Positions 49,533 through 62,098 of a stretch of DNA of 64,000 nt are shown in pieces. Every line of letters starts with the position of its first letter. Positions within the stretch are counted from its first letter, which is position 1. A program made the translations under genes and the position numbers. The stretch lies in the NCBI RefSeq assembly GCF_003704095.1, contig NW_020845812.1, positions 434,001 to 498,000 on the forward strand, in the 5' to 3' direction. Below the pieces are notes generated by a model, which did no database searches, was not told the origin of the DNA, and saw nothing but the letters and a program-made list of their open reading frames with translations. Source of the stretch: Pocillopora damicornis (Eukaryota).

Positions 49533-52500
49533 GGAGCTGCCATAGAGCCGTTAAAATCAAGCTCTAAAGTTTAGTTCAACTCTGGAGCCATTAGAAGGTT
49601 GGTTATGTTTTTTTGGTGCCTTTAAAAGACAAATTAAAATGGAACAAAGACTTTGCTTCGATAATAGAAATATGAATCGTTTGGAATCGAAAGAGGTCGT
49701 CATGGAGATGTTTACATACTATCTGCCTGTTTAGTGATGCTGAGGGGAGTTCTGCAAGCTTGTAGCTCTTACAACTGTGGAGTTTACTCCTAAATACATA
49801 AAAAAGTTGCTAAGCGGTCAACAGTGAGCAGATAATTATCAGACTAGTTCGATGGCCTCGAGGGGGGGGTGTTTGTAGGCAGGTCGGTCTTGCAACAATT
49901 AAGTTGACTACTAGATACACCCAAAAGTTGCAAAGTTTCACTGTTGTCAAACAGTGAGCAGATAATTATCAGGGAGCAATTTTTTTTGTCTATTTTCTAA
50001 CGAGTAACTTGAATCTTTAACTACTAATGCGCAACAAATGCTAATATGAGAAGACGCCATTGTCAATACTCGTCGTGCTTAACATGCATTAGTCAAGTGG
50101 CTCAATCCTCTTTGAAAACAATGGCGCGTCACTTGTGAGGATAGCGCACCCGTGCCTTAAATCACATCGTCCACTTTATGCTTTGTGAAAATATTCAATC
50201 TGTTATCTTTTTTCGGTGTGTTTGAGTGGCTTAGCTGACATTACCTTATTACCTTTGGAGCTTTCAAGCTGTCAGAGCACGTTCCTCTTTCGAAAATTTC
50301 AGTCCGCTATTTATTGTGCTTTTTTTGCTGCGATCGAATTTTTTGTCCAAACAGGAAAAGTAGTGAGTCACAAAGAGCTTGAAAAATTCTTTTTGCCAGT
50401 TTCTCGTGAAAAAAATCAGTGTTCAATGATTGAAGACAAAGCAAGGTGCACGACCCATGTAATCTTTTAATCTTGGTGGAACCACTCTGGCGCAAAATCT
50501 TCATTTCTTAAACAGTTCTCATTCAAGCTTCGAAAAACGGAATATCTTGTTATGCAGGATTTTCATGCTATAAACCAAACCCCTGTTATAGAATATCTGA
50601 GACTGAATGTTTCCCTCCTCAAGCAGTATACATAGGGGGTATACACAAATGATTCATCTCCTGGAAATAAATAGATACAATTTTTACCTTCTAAACAAGT
50701 ATGTGATTAAATCTCATTAAATCTTTGCAACTTCCACAGTGATAAAAGGATTACCCTTCCTTTATTCTATCGCTATCTATCAGTTACACTTTTAACTTGG
50801 GTGGGAGTAAATAACTCATTAACATTATATAGCTCATAAACACTTAATGACAGACAAAAGGCGCAGTGTATTCATCTTTTTCGATGAAAGTTAAAAGGAA
50901 ACTGGACAAAGATCGTGTGGTGAGGGATGAGGGTTTGAGTGGAATCAGGGCGCTCTCCACCATTCACTATTAACAAACTTAGTTACCTTCTTCCCACGCG
51001 TGCACGACTTCACAGCATTTCTTTTTTTATCAAACCTCCCGCATCAAACATAGCAATCACACATTTTTTTTCAAGGACTTTTAGATAAAGATATCGGAGC
51101 AGGAAAAAATTCGAGATTGCCTTCACTTGACTTCTCAGGTTTCTCCTTTTATTTTCTCTCTTGCATTTCTTTCTTGTGCCATCGATTTACAATTGTCAAA
51201 CAATTGAGTCGGAAAAAGGAAAAAAAAAACAAGTCAAAACAGTCCGTTGTCTTGAAAATGTCATGAACATTTTATCGCTATTATATTACATCGAATGAGC
51301 CGCATGATACTTTGAGTAAACTAGTTTCACGAATCAAATAGAAATAAAGGATTTGATTTCCGCAACTAACCGTTTAGTGCCACTGTTTAGCAAGCTCAGA
51401 TGTATTTTTCATTTGGTTTTCCTTCTTACACTCGTGCGGTATTTATGCGTGCATTTGAAACCTAATACTTATTAGATACTCATTATCATAAGGAAAGCCA
51501 ATTATTCCCTAGACCCACATAAGCTAACCTGGGAGAGGATCATTTCATTCCTCGGGCCGATTTGGCATAAATATTTAGAATTCTTCAAAACATCTTAACC
51601 TCATTACACATATCTTTTTTCTAATATTTTCAACTGCGTCATTAAGGAAACATGTACTATAATTTTTTCGATTCGTGGCAATTAGCAGCGATTACAAAAG
51701 AATTACAGCTTCCGTGCTGGATCATGGAAATCAGCAGCTATGGTCTGCCAATCATCAAAGACTAGAAGTAGGAATATATTTTTCATCAGAGTCATGAAAT
51801 TGTATATATCCTGAACTTGTGCCCTATACTGGATGGTACCATTCCAAAATTGGACCCCTCTGTTGGACGAAAGCAACCAGAATAATTTGTTAATTAAAGC
51901 TGTTTCATACACATGAAAAAAGCTAATCGTGTTATAAGGTGTTATTTAGAAGGTTCTCTATCGTGCTTCCTTCATTCAGCTATCTTACAGTAGTCACCTG
52001 TTTTCCCTTGAGTTAAATTCATTGTTGTCAACGTTCCTCAAGCAGTACTTTAGCAAAATGGTTAAATAACAGCCTTAAGTATTGTATACCATTAACGCTA
52101 ACGAACAGAATGTTCTCTTTACTGATGAAAACCCTTTTACATCTTTACAGGAAGTGTTGACCGGACGTCCACTTAATTTCGTAAAAGTACAATGAAAGAG
52201 GTTTATGTATACAAACATTTGATCTAAGTAGTAATATCCGAGCAATCCAATCATCGCTCCATGGCTGAGAAGTAAGTTGTTTTGGCTCGGCTTTACAACA
52301 AATGGCACTTATAAGTTTGTGGCACTCAGTTACTGAGCAAGGACACCTGAAGGGGCAAAGTGTTTTGCGGTTTGTTGATCACGCTATTTACTGCCTCTGG
52401 GCACAATGATAAAATTTTTATGTCACGCGAACCTACCGGTCAAAAAGAGACAGATAGAATATCTAATCTGTCAACTGACTTGTCATTGAATACCGTTCCG

Positions 52501-52703
52501 TCCCAAGCCCTTGAACAGTGGATTTGGTACGATAGGTAAATCCCTCGAAGTCTCACAGTTTTGCACATTACAACCAGACATCTGGGTCAATAACAGAACA
52601 GGATCAATTTTCGCCGCGTCATTCAACCAACAATCAAAAGGAGACAGCGCTTGAAGTCATAAACTGAATTTTAATTTTGCAATAGTTGAAACGTCTATCG
52701 CTA

Positions 52704-53678
52704 ATGCGGCCAAGTGAGATTGCCATCCCGTTGGGCTGCCTGTCATTGCTGATCGTAGTTACTAACAGCTGTGTGTGCCTCTTGGTGTATTTACATCCCA
52801 AGCTAAGGACTTACACCAATGGATTCGTTGTGTCCCTTGCAGTGTCAGACATACTCACAGGTGCCCTCCTTTTGCCTTTGTACATTGCTTTGCCAACGCA
52901 CCCTGTCACAGGATACATCGTATGCGCTATTTTGCTTACGGGGGTCGCCAATGTTTTTTTAGTGACTTTAGACAGATACCTGGCTATAAAAAAACCTTTT
53001 AATTACTATGCCGTCATGAGGAGATATTTCTTCAAATTCATTGTAGGTTCTTGGATTGTTCCTTTGTTTGTGTCAATCATTCCTCTCATTTGGGGGTCAG
53101 AAGACAGTATACTAGCTCAAACAATCTACATGTTTATGCTACAAGGTATGGGCGTTGTTGTGCCGTATTTATTTGTGTGTATAGCCTACTACCAGATCTT
53201 TCAGCAAGCTAGGCATATTGTCAAGCGGTTACGACGAGATAGCAGTCTCGGCAGCTGGCGAGGCAAACGGGACAACAAAGATAAACTGAAGAAAAACTCT
53301 AACAGCACGATGGCTTCAGAGACAAAAGTTGCCAAGATGTTTGCACTGATATCTATTTCCTTCCTCTTAAGTTGGACGCCAGTGTTATACTTGACCAGCA
53401 TATGGTATGTATATGCAATCACTGACAAAAACACTGTGGAAATGTTATCGCCGGTGTGGCTCTTGGAATTCTCTTTGTTTACTGTCGCACTGGGCTCTGC
53501 GGTCAATCCAATAGTCTACTCTTTCTTCAAACCCGACTTCCGGGGCATTATCAAAAAAAGATTTCCTAACCGAACTCCTTCGTCAACTCTGAAACAGGAT
53601 TCAACATATGTTATTGATGTTGCTGTGGTAGTAAAAAACCTTAAAAATGAAAAACATGGCAAAGAAACCGACCTATGA
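52704..53678 (+). CDS. Class A orphan GPCR 2, intronless CDS, 324 aa
   Basis: First ATG 52704; RTYTNGFVVSLAVSD, DRY, SWTP, NPIVY, KPDFR; clear paralog of GPCR1 and GPCR3. Confidence 0.93.
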   Translation: MRPSEIAIPLGCLSLLIVVTNSCVCLLVYLHPKLRTYTNGFVVSLAVSDILTGALLLPLYIALPTHPVTGYIVCAILLTGVANVFLVTLDRYLAIKKPFNYYAVMRRYFFKFIVGSWIVPLFVSIIPLIWGSEDSILAQTIYMFMLQGMGVVVPYLFVCIAYYQIFQQARHIVKRLRRDSSLGSWRGKRDNKDKLKKNSNSTMASETKVAKMFALISISFLLSWTPVLYLTSIWYVYAITDKNTVEMLSPVWLLEFSLFTVALGSAVNPIVYSFFKPDFRGIIKKRFPNRTPSSTLKQDSTYVIDVAVVVKNLKNEKHGKETDL

Positions 53679-56600
53679 GAACTGTGAATATAACGCTTGG
53701 AATTCATCAAACAGAACCAAACGCCGCCTTAAGATAACTCTACTATGTGTGTGAAAAGAATTTGTTATTTTTTAGTTTCGCTGTCACTAATTGATTCCAA
53801 ACCAGCCAAAATACTTAGTAAATACTACTAATCAAACAGCCCGTTACAAGACCGCCGCGGGCATGAACAATTAGTCCTATCACCACTTAATGACTTAATC
53901 CAAGAATATTTTTTCACTTTCATTAAATCAATAGTTATGTAACTTATGTTGGAAAATTAGTTTCACAGAACTCGGCGGATACATGATTCGTGAGTTTTGT
54001 CTGACAACCAGATGTTGCATATAATGGTACTTAGCAATTTTTTGGAGAAACGTGAAAAGGAGCACGACATGGCATGTGACACTGTTCAACTTTTATGATT
54101 ATCTTTATGCTTACGAGAAAACTGGTATCAACAAGTGGCAGATATTTAATTAACATCGATATGGATCATCGAAGTGGCTGAAATCCGTTCAATAGATTTA
54201 ATGTGGTGCTTACTCGCCATATGATGACTTGAGATACGGAAATGTTAGCCTTATCTTTTAACACCCCAACCCCTATAAAAAAGTAAAACATGCCGGATAA
54301 AAATTCCGTTTGTTCTTGTTGTCATAATCGGTTTAAGGAATTCTTGCCCCGTGCGTCGCTTGATGTAACTATGGTGAGAGGGGGGGCAAAGGTTAGATAG
54401 ATAAAACAACGAGATTAAAAATATGCGCATGAAACCGGTAAGAATAGTAAACCAAAGATGGATAGCTACCGAGAAATACATATAAGAAGAAAAAATTAAA
54501 TCAGTAACATCACAGTGTATTGTATAGAGAGACAGATATCGGAAAATGGTGGCAATGATTATTTACAGTGAAATAACAATTGCAATGAAAAACAATCCAA
54601 TTTGAACTTTATTCTTACATCTAAGATAACCGTTAACTGAGCTTCGTTTGATGCATCTGTTTATTATTCAGTAATAGTTAAAAATATATCTAAGACTGAA
54701 TTGTTATATTAAACCAACTTGATTTCTTCAAGTGTATATTTAACCCTCAAAGCTAGCAATTGAAGGTCTATAAATTGATGGATTGATGGATTGACCGATT
54801 CATCGACAAGATAAGAAACGACTATATCAATCATTTCGGCTCGTGTTTGAAAACGAGGGTTGTTGACAACTCGTTACAACAACCACGTCTAGCTTTTTTT
54901 TATCACTATGAAACGTTCTTCTTGGCACGTTTACAGCACATCAAATTACCTGTACCGAATTGGGTAAAGCCGAAGAGAAGGTAGAGCGATATGCTAAGTT
55001 GCTGCACATGTTTTGTTCGCTTAGATATACTGTGGCCTACCTATGAACACATTTCGTTTATTTTGTAAATTTTCATCTTAAGAGGAAAAAAATCGTCCAC
55101 CATCTGCACAACAATCAATCTTTTCTTGGCTATGGTAAACACTTGAACAGAGGACGAAAGAAAATAGGTAATTCCGCAGAGATGTAAGTTTCCAAATTTT
55201 AAAAACTAGCCATACTACTTAAGAAACATTTCCAGAGACCGACGCAGTAAAATAACGATCTAGTTAGCCAACAAAAAATTAGGCATATTCTAATTATCAA
55301 CTTGAATTTTTATTGGCCAAGAATTTGATCATACCCGTTTGCGAATGTGATAAATTAAGACAAGACATTCTAAGATCTGAGACGATCACTCACAAATTAT
55401 TCGCTAATAATGAAGTGGCTTTCGCTTTTTAAGAGAAAGCTAATTTAAGAGATACTGAAAATTCAAAATTAAATGATTGTCGCAAATGTTATTCGCAATT
55501 TGCGGCATGAGTTCAACAACACACAGCTACAATTATCTTTAGGAGCGTAAAGAAAGCCGCCAGGCAACAGAAACATTTTTGAGAAAAAAGGAGTCTTCTT
55601 TGCAACCTTTAAATCATTTTTCTTTTTATAGTGAAAATCAGTTCTTTATCTGTTTGATCAAGTGAGGAGGTGAACATGACCTTTAGCATGAGAAATGATC
55701 ATCCTGCAGACACGATTGTTTTAATAAACATCGTTACATTATCGCCTCTTTCACCTGAGCGGGCCATTGATTTTCACGCAGAATTTTGTGGAATCTTAGC
55801 CCTTAAACTCTTCAACATCTTTCATTTTTCACAGAACTGATTTTAATTTCGCCTACAATTCGCTTCCTCTAATTACAAATTACACTCGTGCGTGGTTCAG
55901 CTGCTGTAAAGTGTATATTTGTAATAAGGTATACCAATAGAAATCAAGGTGGTTTTCCAGTGGAAAGTGGGCAATATTGATGCGGAAACACAACAGGCTT
56001 TCGACTTCCCTTCGTTCCTGTGACTCATGATGGTGTTTTACATAAACGAGGAAAACATTACCAAACGTTTATCTTGGTTTTCGCCTAAGTATGCCCATTA
56101 GCTCTCTTCGTATGCAAAACAAGACTGTACTTAAGTGTATTTTAATGAATATAATGTACTTGCTCTATGGCTAGTCTCTTCATACTGAAGAAAGCTTTGT
56201 ATGTCATTAACGAATCTTAATTGCTCTTTAGTGCATTTCAAAGCGTTGAACAAGAAAATAAATATTGTCTCATGTTTATGCGACTGAGTAGCACCACTGA
56301 AGTGGTTGGTTAGTTTTCTTTTTCAAAGGGCAATTAAGATTCATTTCCGATCTCAATGTTTGTTGTAGATTTCTCAATAATTGGTTTTCAGGATCGAGAG
56401 GTTGCACAAAACGTGATAGGAGTATCAACACCGCAAAAATATCCGTAAAAGTAACCAGTGCAAATGAAAGTAAGAAATAGTACTTTAATCAGGCAAACTG
56501 AATGCATCCAGGATCTTGTAAAGAGTTGTGGTGGATTTCAATTGTACACTCGGAAGCCTTTATTGCTTTTTAATGAGCTCTCGTGGGACGTTACAATTTA

Positions 56601-56922
56601 TTCATAAAGGAAGGAAAACCAACAACATTGAAATCATTGCGGTACTACGCTCAGCACGGGATTAGGAACATATCAAAGATTTTCAAGATTGTGGATTGTA
56701 GAATAGATTCATCGCTTGAACACCTACGAGAGACAACCACAAAGTCGGGAATAACCTTGGTACTGGTGATCAATGGCAACAAAGTACTACCATAGTCAAC
56801 TCTTCGGCAATTTTATCGCACCAAAACAAGCTGCCCACAGAGTTGAATACGTTTATTAGGAAAACACAAAAGGAAGACAATTATAGAAGTCAGCGCTGCA
56901 TCAAAACGTGCTCTGCCGAAAA

Positions 56923-57939
56923 ATGGCTGAAACTGATCACAACGCGGATTTTGTGGTAGTATCTCTGAGCATTCTTTCAATTCTCATCGTTTTATCGAAC
57001 CTTTGCGTTTGCCTCTTGGTTTATTTCCAGAAAGATCTTCGAACCAACACCAATTGGCTAATGGTGTCACTCGCCGTGTCGGACATTTTAACAGGAGGAG
57101 TTTTGCTGCCTGTCTACCTCATCAAGCCTTCTTCGACTGTAACAGGTTATTTAGTGTGTATGATATTGCTCTCTGGTGTTGCAAATCTATGCACTGTGAC
57201 CTATGATCGATATGTTGCCATAATGAAACCACTGGAATACTCATATCGGGCGCCTAAGAAACTCAAAATAGGTCTCGCACTTTCGTGGGTGCTTCCAGCA
57301 ATTTACTCCTTACTCCCTCTGTTTTGGGAAACTGATTCAACTCGAATAATACATAGGGCATATATGGTCTGCATGATGTTTTTCGGCATCATCCTGCCTT
57401 ACATCTTCATTACGTTTGCCTACGTACGAATGTTTAAGCAAGTTCGCAGAAGCCTGACAATGAAAAAGAATTTGGATTCTCTTAGAGTGCACAAGAACGA
57501 ACGAAAACGATTGCATTCTGAAGCCAAAGTAGCCAAAGTTTTCTCCATAGTTGCTTCAGCTTTTCTACTCTGCTGGCTACCAATCGTCTACATAACAACT
57601 GCAGACATCATCTTTAATAGACCTAACATCATCCCATATGCACTGTCCATTATTTCCTTTTTCACCATAGCAACCAGTTCATTGGTAAATCCACTTATGT
57701 ACGCGTTTCTGAAACCAGATTTCAAGAAGGCCATCCGGACTTGCCTTCGTGAATGCACTCGTAAAGAAACAGCATCCACCATTCGCAATCTTCCGCTGGC
57801 CGCTTTAACCATCGGAGGACCCGAGAGGATATACGAAGCAAAATTACCTAATAACAATTCAGCAAAGACCGAGGAATTATTATCCAAAGAAAATAATGAC
57901 TCTCAGGAGAGGTCTTCCCAAAGTTCAGTTCATTGTTAA
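56923..57939 (+). CDS. Class A orphan GPCR 3, intronless CDS, 338 aa
   Basis: First ATG 56923; SLAVSD, DRY, EAKVAKVF, CWLP, NPLMY, KPDFK. Confidence 0.93.
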   Translation: MAETDHNADFVVVSLSILSILIVLSNLCVCLLVYFQKDLRTNTNWLMVSLAVSDILTGGVLLPVYLIKPSSTVTGYLVCMILLSGVANLCTVTYDRYVAIMKPLEYSYRAPKKLKIGLALSWVLPAIYSLLPLFWETDSTRIIHRAYMVCMMFFGIILPYIFITFAYVRMFKQVRRSLTMKKNLDSLRVHKNERKRLHSEAKVAKVFSIVASAFLLCWLPIVYITTADIIFNRPNIIPYALSIISFFTIATSSLVNPLMYAFLKPDFKKAIRTCLRECTRKETASTIRNLPLAALTIGGPERIYEAKLPNNNSAKTEELLSKENNDSQERSSQSSVHC

Positions 57940-58289
57940 TGCGTTTTTAAAAACTGCAGAAGGATGAATTTGTTGACTGCGTCTGCAATTTCAGACCTAA
58001 ATGATACTACTCCTATGATTATTTTTTTTAAATCACACATTGTTGAATTATTTGTACATAACAGAATATCGTGTTAATGTAAAGAACATGCTACAGCCCC
58101 TTGCAAAATATAACCAATTTTTCGTTCGTAGCTTGTATAAATCATATCATTGTCATTTTCTAAGTTATCTTTCACTTGAGTCTAAGGAAGGCCGATAAAA
58201 TGGTTCTATGGCAATTTTTTTGTCAAGATGGATGGAATGAAGGTTTTGCTTCCCCGCATCTTACCTGCTGAGGAATCAAATTAGAAAAA

Positions 58290-58565
58290 AAATTTCCAAG
58301 GACATCATTGTCTAAAATTAGACTTTAAAGTCCAAAATTGGAAACTAGTTGCTAAAATCCAACGCAAGTGTCCGTAAAATCAGCCATCAGTGTCCAAATT
58401 CGGACAATAGTGTCTAAGATCGAACAGTAGTGTCCAAAATCGGACTATATTGTCCTGAAAATCGATAAATGGTGTCCAAAATCGGATACTAATTTCGATT
58501 AATCGTATAACAGCCTCCAACATTAAACACTTTTGTCTAATTGTGGACCACAGTGTCTAAAATCG
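58290..58565. repeat. Degenerate ~20-bp minisatellite
   Basis: Consensus AGTGTCCAAAATCGGACA.. repeated roughly a dozen times, clearest at 58388-58487. Confidence 0.75.
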
Positions 58566-59561
58566 TCATCAATGCCTAACTTCATACGAATGTCGTTTCT
58601 CGGATTCTGGAAAATATTCTCTCCTGTGTCAAATATTCCTTGCAGCACACTCATAACAACTGATGCAAAGGGTCAAACTATGAAATCAAAACAAGATATA
58701 ATTTAGAGTTAGGGTAGGAGCAGATGAATGTTTTTGAAGCAAAAACGGCATACACTGAAATCTGTTGGTTTTATGTCGAATAATAATTGCAGTACCATAG
58801 GGTATTGATTGGTGGACTTTTACCTTTCCCTCATTGAACCCTTTGTTTCAATGAATTAACAGTTCAAGTAGCTCAGTTCGATTGACGAGAAAGTGCTTTC
58901 TCTTTGTCAGTTTTGCGTTGTTGGCAACAATAGCGGATTAGTTTCTATTTCCTATATCAGGTGAGCTAATTCTGACAACAGGTGCGTTTGTTCATTTCGT
59001 GTTGATTTGCCATTTGTCATAATTATCTTATAACATGAATACATGTCATCAAGAAGTAGCAGTTTCATAAACTGTGGCAATTTTTTCATGGGTTCAAATA
59101 ATTTTTAAATTCTTAGGTTCAATATCCAATACTGTATTTTTTGATCACCAATGCTTGTGCTTATGCTCTTGTTTGGGAGAAACACTACCCCTTTATATAA
59201 CCTTTGGATTTACTAAAATTGCACACGAATGAAAGATGTTGGTGTTGGTGCTGTTATTTTTATTGTCCTTATCGTTGTTTATGCTGTTGTTATTGCAAGT
59301 GTTATCCGTGAATGAGCAGAAATCAGAACATTATCCATGGTAATCCTTGTTTGGCTTTGATTAAGGGAATATTCCATCGACACTGACAGAAGCAAACATA
59401 CGTGTTAATTAATATGCACAAATGTGATTGAGTGACTTACTTAAACAAAGCTATACAATTAAGAACAGCTTGGTTCAGTGTTGTTCAATCTAATCTACTT
59501 CACGCACAAGTGATAAATTCACTGGTACTCTGTGAAGATTCAATTTTCAATACATTGCATC

Positions 59562-61356
59562 ATGAAGATGTGCGTTTGGTTATTGATTGCTCTGGCAATA
59601 ACCCCTAAAGGTGGAGAATCCTCCCCTCCAATGGGAAAGGTATCTTCTGACTTATCATTTAATTAAATACTTCAGGATTTTCTTGATAACAACTAAACCA
59701 TGTTTCAACGTGGCATTTTATGTCCATTTTTCTTCAAAGAAATTACACAATTATATCGAAGAAAAGGACTCCACTCGCGATGAACAAGGTATGTTCAACA
59801 AATGGTATAAGAAATTCGTAGACAGTGTAACGAATAGCACTAACCCTAACTCTTACCTTGAAGCTTGAAAATAAAAATTTGTAGACTCGATTGATGTAAT
59901 TCCCTTCTGTTCGATAGTCTGGTCTTTGCTCCCGAGCTACCTCTCTCCAAAGGTCGCGAGGAAGGTACACTGGCAATAGAGGGCCTATGCCTTCATCTGG
60001 TGCAAACTTAAAGAAATACACGTGCATACCACCCCAGTGCAAATGCAAACACAAGTAAAATCATCGCCGCAAGAGATGAAAAATGTTCAGTTTCTTGCAT
60101 GTTTTTATCTTTTTTCTTCTAACCAGATAATTTAGTGACGCGGAAGGAGAGGAATGTTGGGCAATTTGGCGCCATGATCGCTTGTGAAGTTAAAGATCTG
60201 AGATCGTCAGTCCTTAACGGCTACGGGTGCTTCTGTGGATTAGGAGGGAAAGGGAAACCTCTCGACGACATTGACCTGTAACTATAAATATTCTAGCCTT
60301 GTAACGTTTTCAGGTTCTAATTCAGAAGTAGCTGTAAAACACATGTAGAACTAAGTTTTAATGGACGGAACCAAGGATATATTGTTAGAAACGGCTATAA
60401 TCGACGCGTTTAACGAAAGAACACAGATTATCTGTTCTCTCTATGGCTTTAGCCCCCCCTACACCATGATCACAAGAAGGACGACGTTTATCAACAGATG
60501 TGGAACCTTATTTGCACATTTCCCAGAAAAACTTTAGACGTTAATCTCCGATAGGGCATTGGCCCAATTGATCACATGTTACGTTAACCAGTGAAAGAAA
60601 TTTATAGCATACGAAACTATGAACAAAAATAAAACAAAGTAAAGAAAAAACGAAAAAAAATATCAAAACAAGCAATCAAACAAACGAAAACAGCAAGAAA
60701 ACAGTATTTTATGCACAAAAACCCTGCGAGAGAGGTGTAAACGTTTTCTCAGATATCTTAATGCTTGTCTTCTTTGTTCTGTAATTTTTCTAAAGCTGAT
60801 TTTCAACTCTTTCTTCGTTACCGATATCATAAACTACAAAACAATGCATAATAATAGTTCTTTTCACATAATCTCTTCGTTAGATGCTGCTATGTCCACG
60901 ACAATTGTTATGGCGACATACAAAGAACAAAGATATGTGGCCCAGATCCTAATGCAGTGTATTATGTGACATACCGGACACAGGGGTGCAGCGGCTGCAG
61001 TAAGTGTACTTATCAATCACAACCTCAGGGTTCAACGTTTGATTTTCAAGATGTGCCGGGGGGGAGATAAGAGTGTTAGTGGAAGGGAAGGCCGGTTCAG
61101 TGTACTGCTGGATAATAAAACTCTCGAGATCCATTTGCAGATACTGGCTGCGTTTTAGAAATACTAAAGGTTATCAATGGATATATGTTACTTTTCGAAT
61201 TCAGGAGGATATCATTTCCTGTGGTTCCTTGGATATGGAAACAGCAAGTGTCAGAAGAAGCTCTGCGAATGCGATGGCGTTGCGGCCCGTTGCTTCAAAA
61301 GCCACTTCTCGAAGCTGCAAGATCGTTACATAAACTATGATAAATCAAAGTGTTAG
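59562..61356 (+). CDS. Secreted phospholipase A2 (group I/II-like, cnidarian type) prepro-protein, 5 exons, 181 aa
   Basis: Exons 59562-59639, 59740-59788, 60127-60277, 60884-60999, 61205-61356; 546 nt. Signal peptide, acidic propeptide ending in RKER, mature NVGQFGAMIAC, Ca-loop YGCFCGLGG, catalytic CCYVHDNCY, LCECD, 14 Cys; AATAAA at 61399. Exons 1-2 are less certain than exons 3-5. Confidence 0.92.
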
Positions 61357-61898
61357 GAATCACCTCAAGCTCCGAAACTCTTTCTGCATCTGAACAATAA
61401 TAAAAGATATGAAGTGAAATGAATAGCATTTTCAGGAACATGAAATAAACTTTAGTGGTAGCTGTACTGAAAAACAATTTATCTAATACTAATACAATGT
61501 ATCAGAAATAGACTGATTTCCTGAAAAGAAGCCTAGCTCAGCTGATTTTTAAGACCACACCTAACTAAAATCAATATATGAATACTGATAAACCTCTAGT
61601 TTATCACTAGCCCTTCATCCGAACCAAAAGAAATGAAGGCAAAACATTAGAGGAGTCGATATTCATCCAAAACTGGACACGTTGACATGATCGAAAGGAA
61701 CACTTGACTCCTGGATATTGTTGAGTGTGACCGAAACCCCTTCTTCTTGCAACTGCTTCCTCCGTGAAGGAATTAATTGTGGAAGAACCTTTTCCAAAAT
61801 CCACCATGACTCATGATTGTTGAGTTGCTAACACAGCACTCAAGTGTTTCAACAGCTTACTACGACACATTCTATATAGTTTTCTATAGAAAATTTTT

Positions 61899-62098
61899 TT
61901 AATCCTTTACACCCTAACATCAGTATGCATATTCTCGCGTAGCGTTCTCTATACATTTCCTTGGGTGTTGACACGGAAAGTTTGTTTAACAATTAGGAAC
62001 TAAATAAGGAAAGTTTAGACAACTAAAAAAGGAAAGTTCTCTTTTTTCTCGTGACCTTGATGCGTGATTCAGAAGTGATATTGTAGTGTCGAGGTTAA
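61899..62098. mobile_element. TTAA-flanked piggyBac-like MITE
   Basis: TTAATCCTTTACACCCTAACATCAGTATGCATATTCTC..GTGATATTGTAG..GGTTAA; matches the copies at 2784-3401 and 12801-13002. Confidence 0.7.

Noticed and set aside
49820-49972. 23-bp direct repeat AACAGTGAGCAGATAATTATCAG, 130 bp apart
   Set aside because: Probably a local duplication or insertion scar; no element features between the copies.
58290-58565. Regularly spaced short repeats suggestive of a CRISPR array
   Set aside because: Contiguous degenerate 20-bp units without unique spacers, no cas genes, eukaryotic context: a minisatellite.
59611-59868. 85-aa ORF before the PLA2 core
   Set aside because: Only 59740-59788 is used in this frame (PLA2 propeptide exon); the rest is out of frame with exon 1 or intronic.
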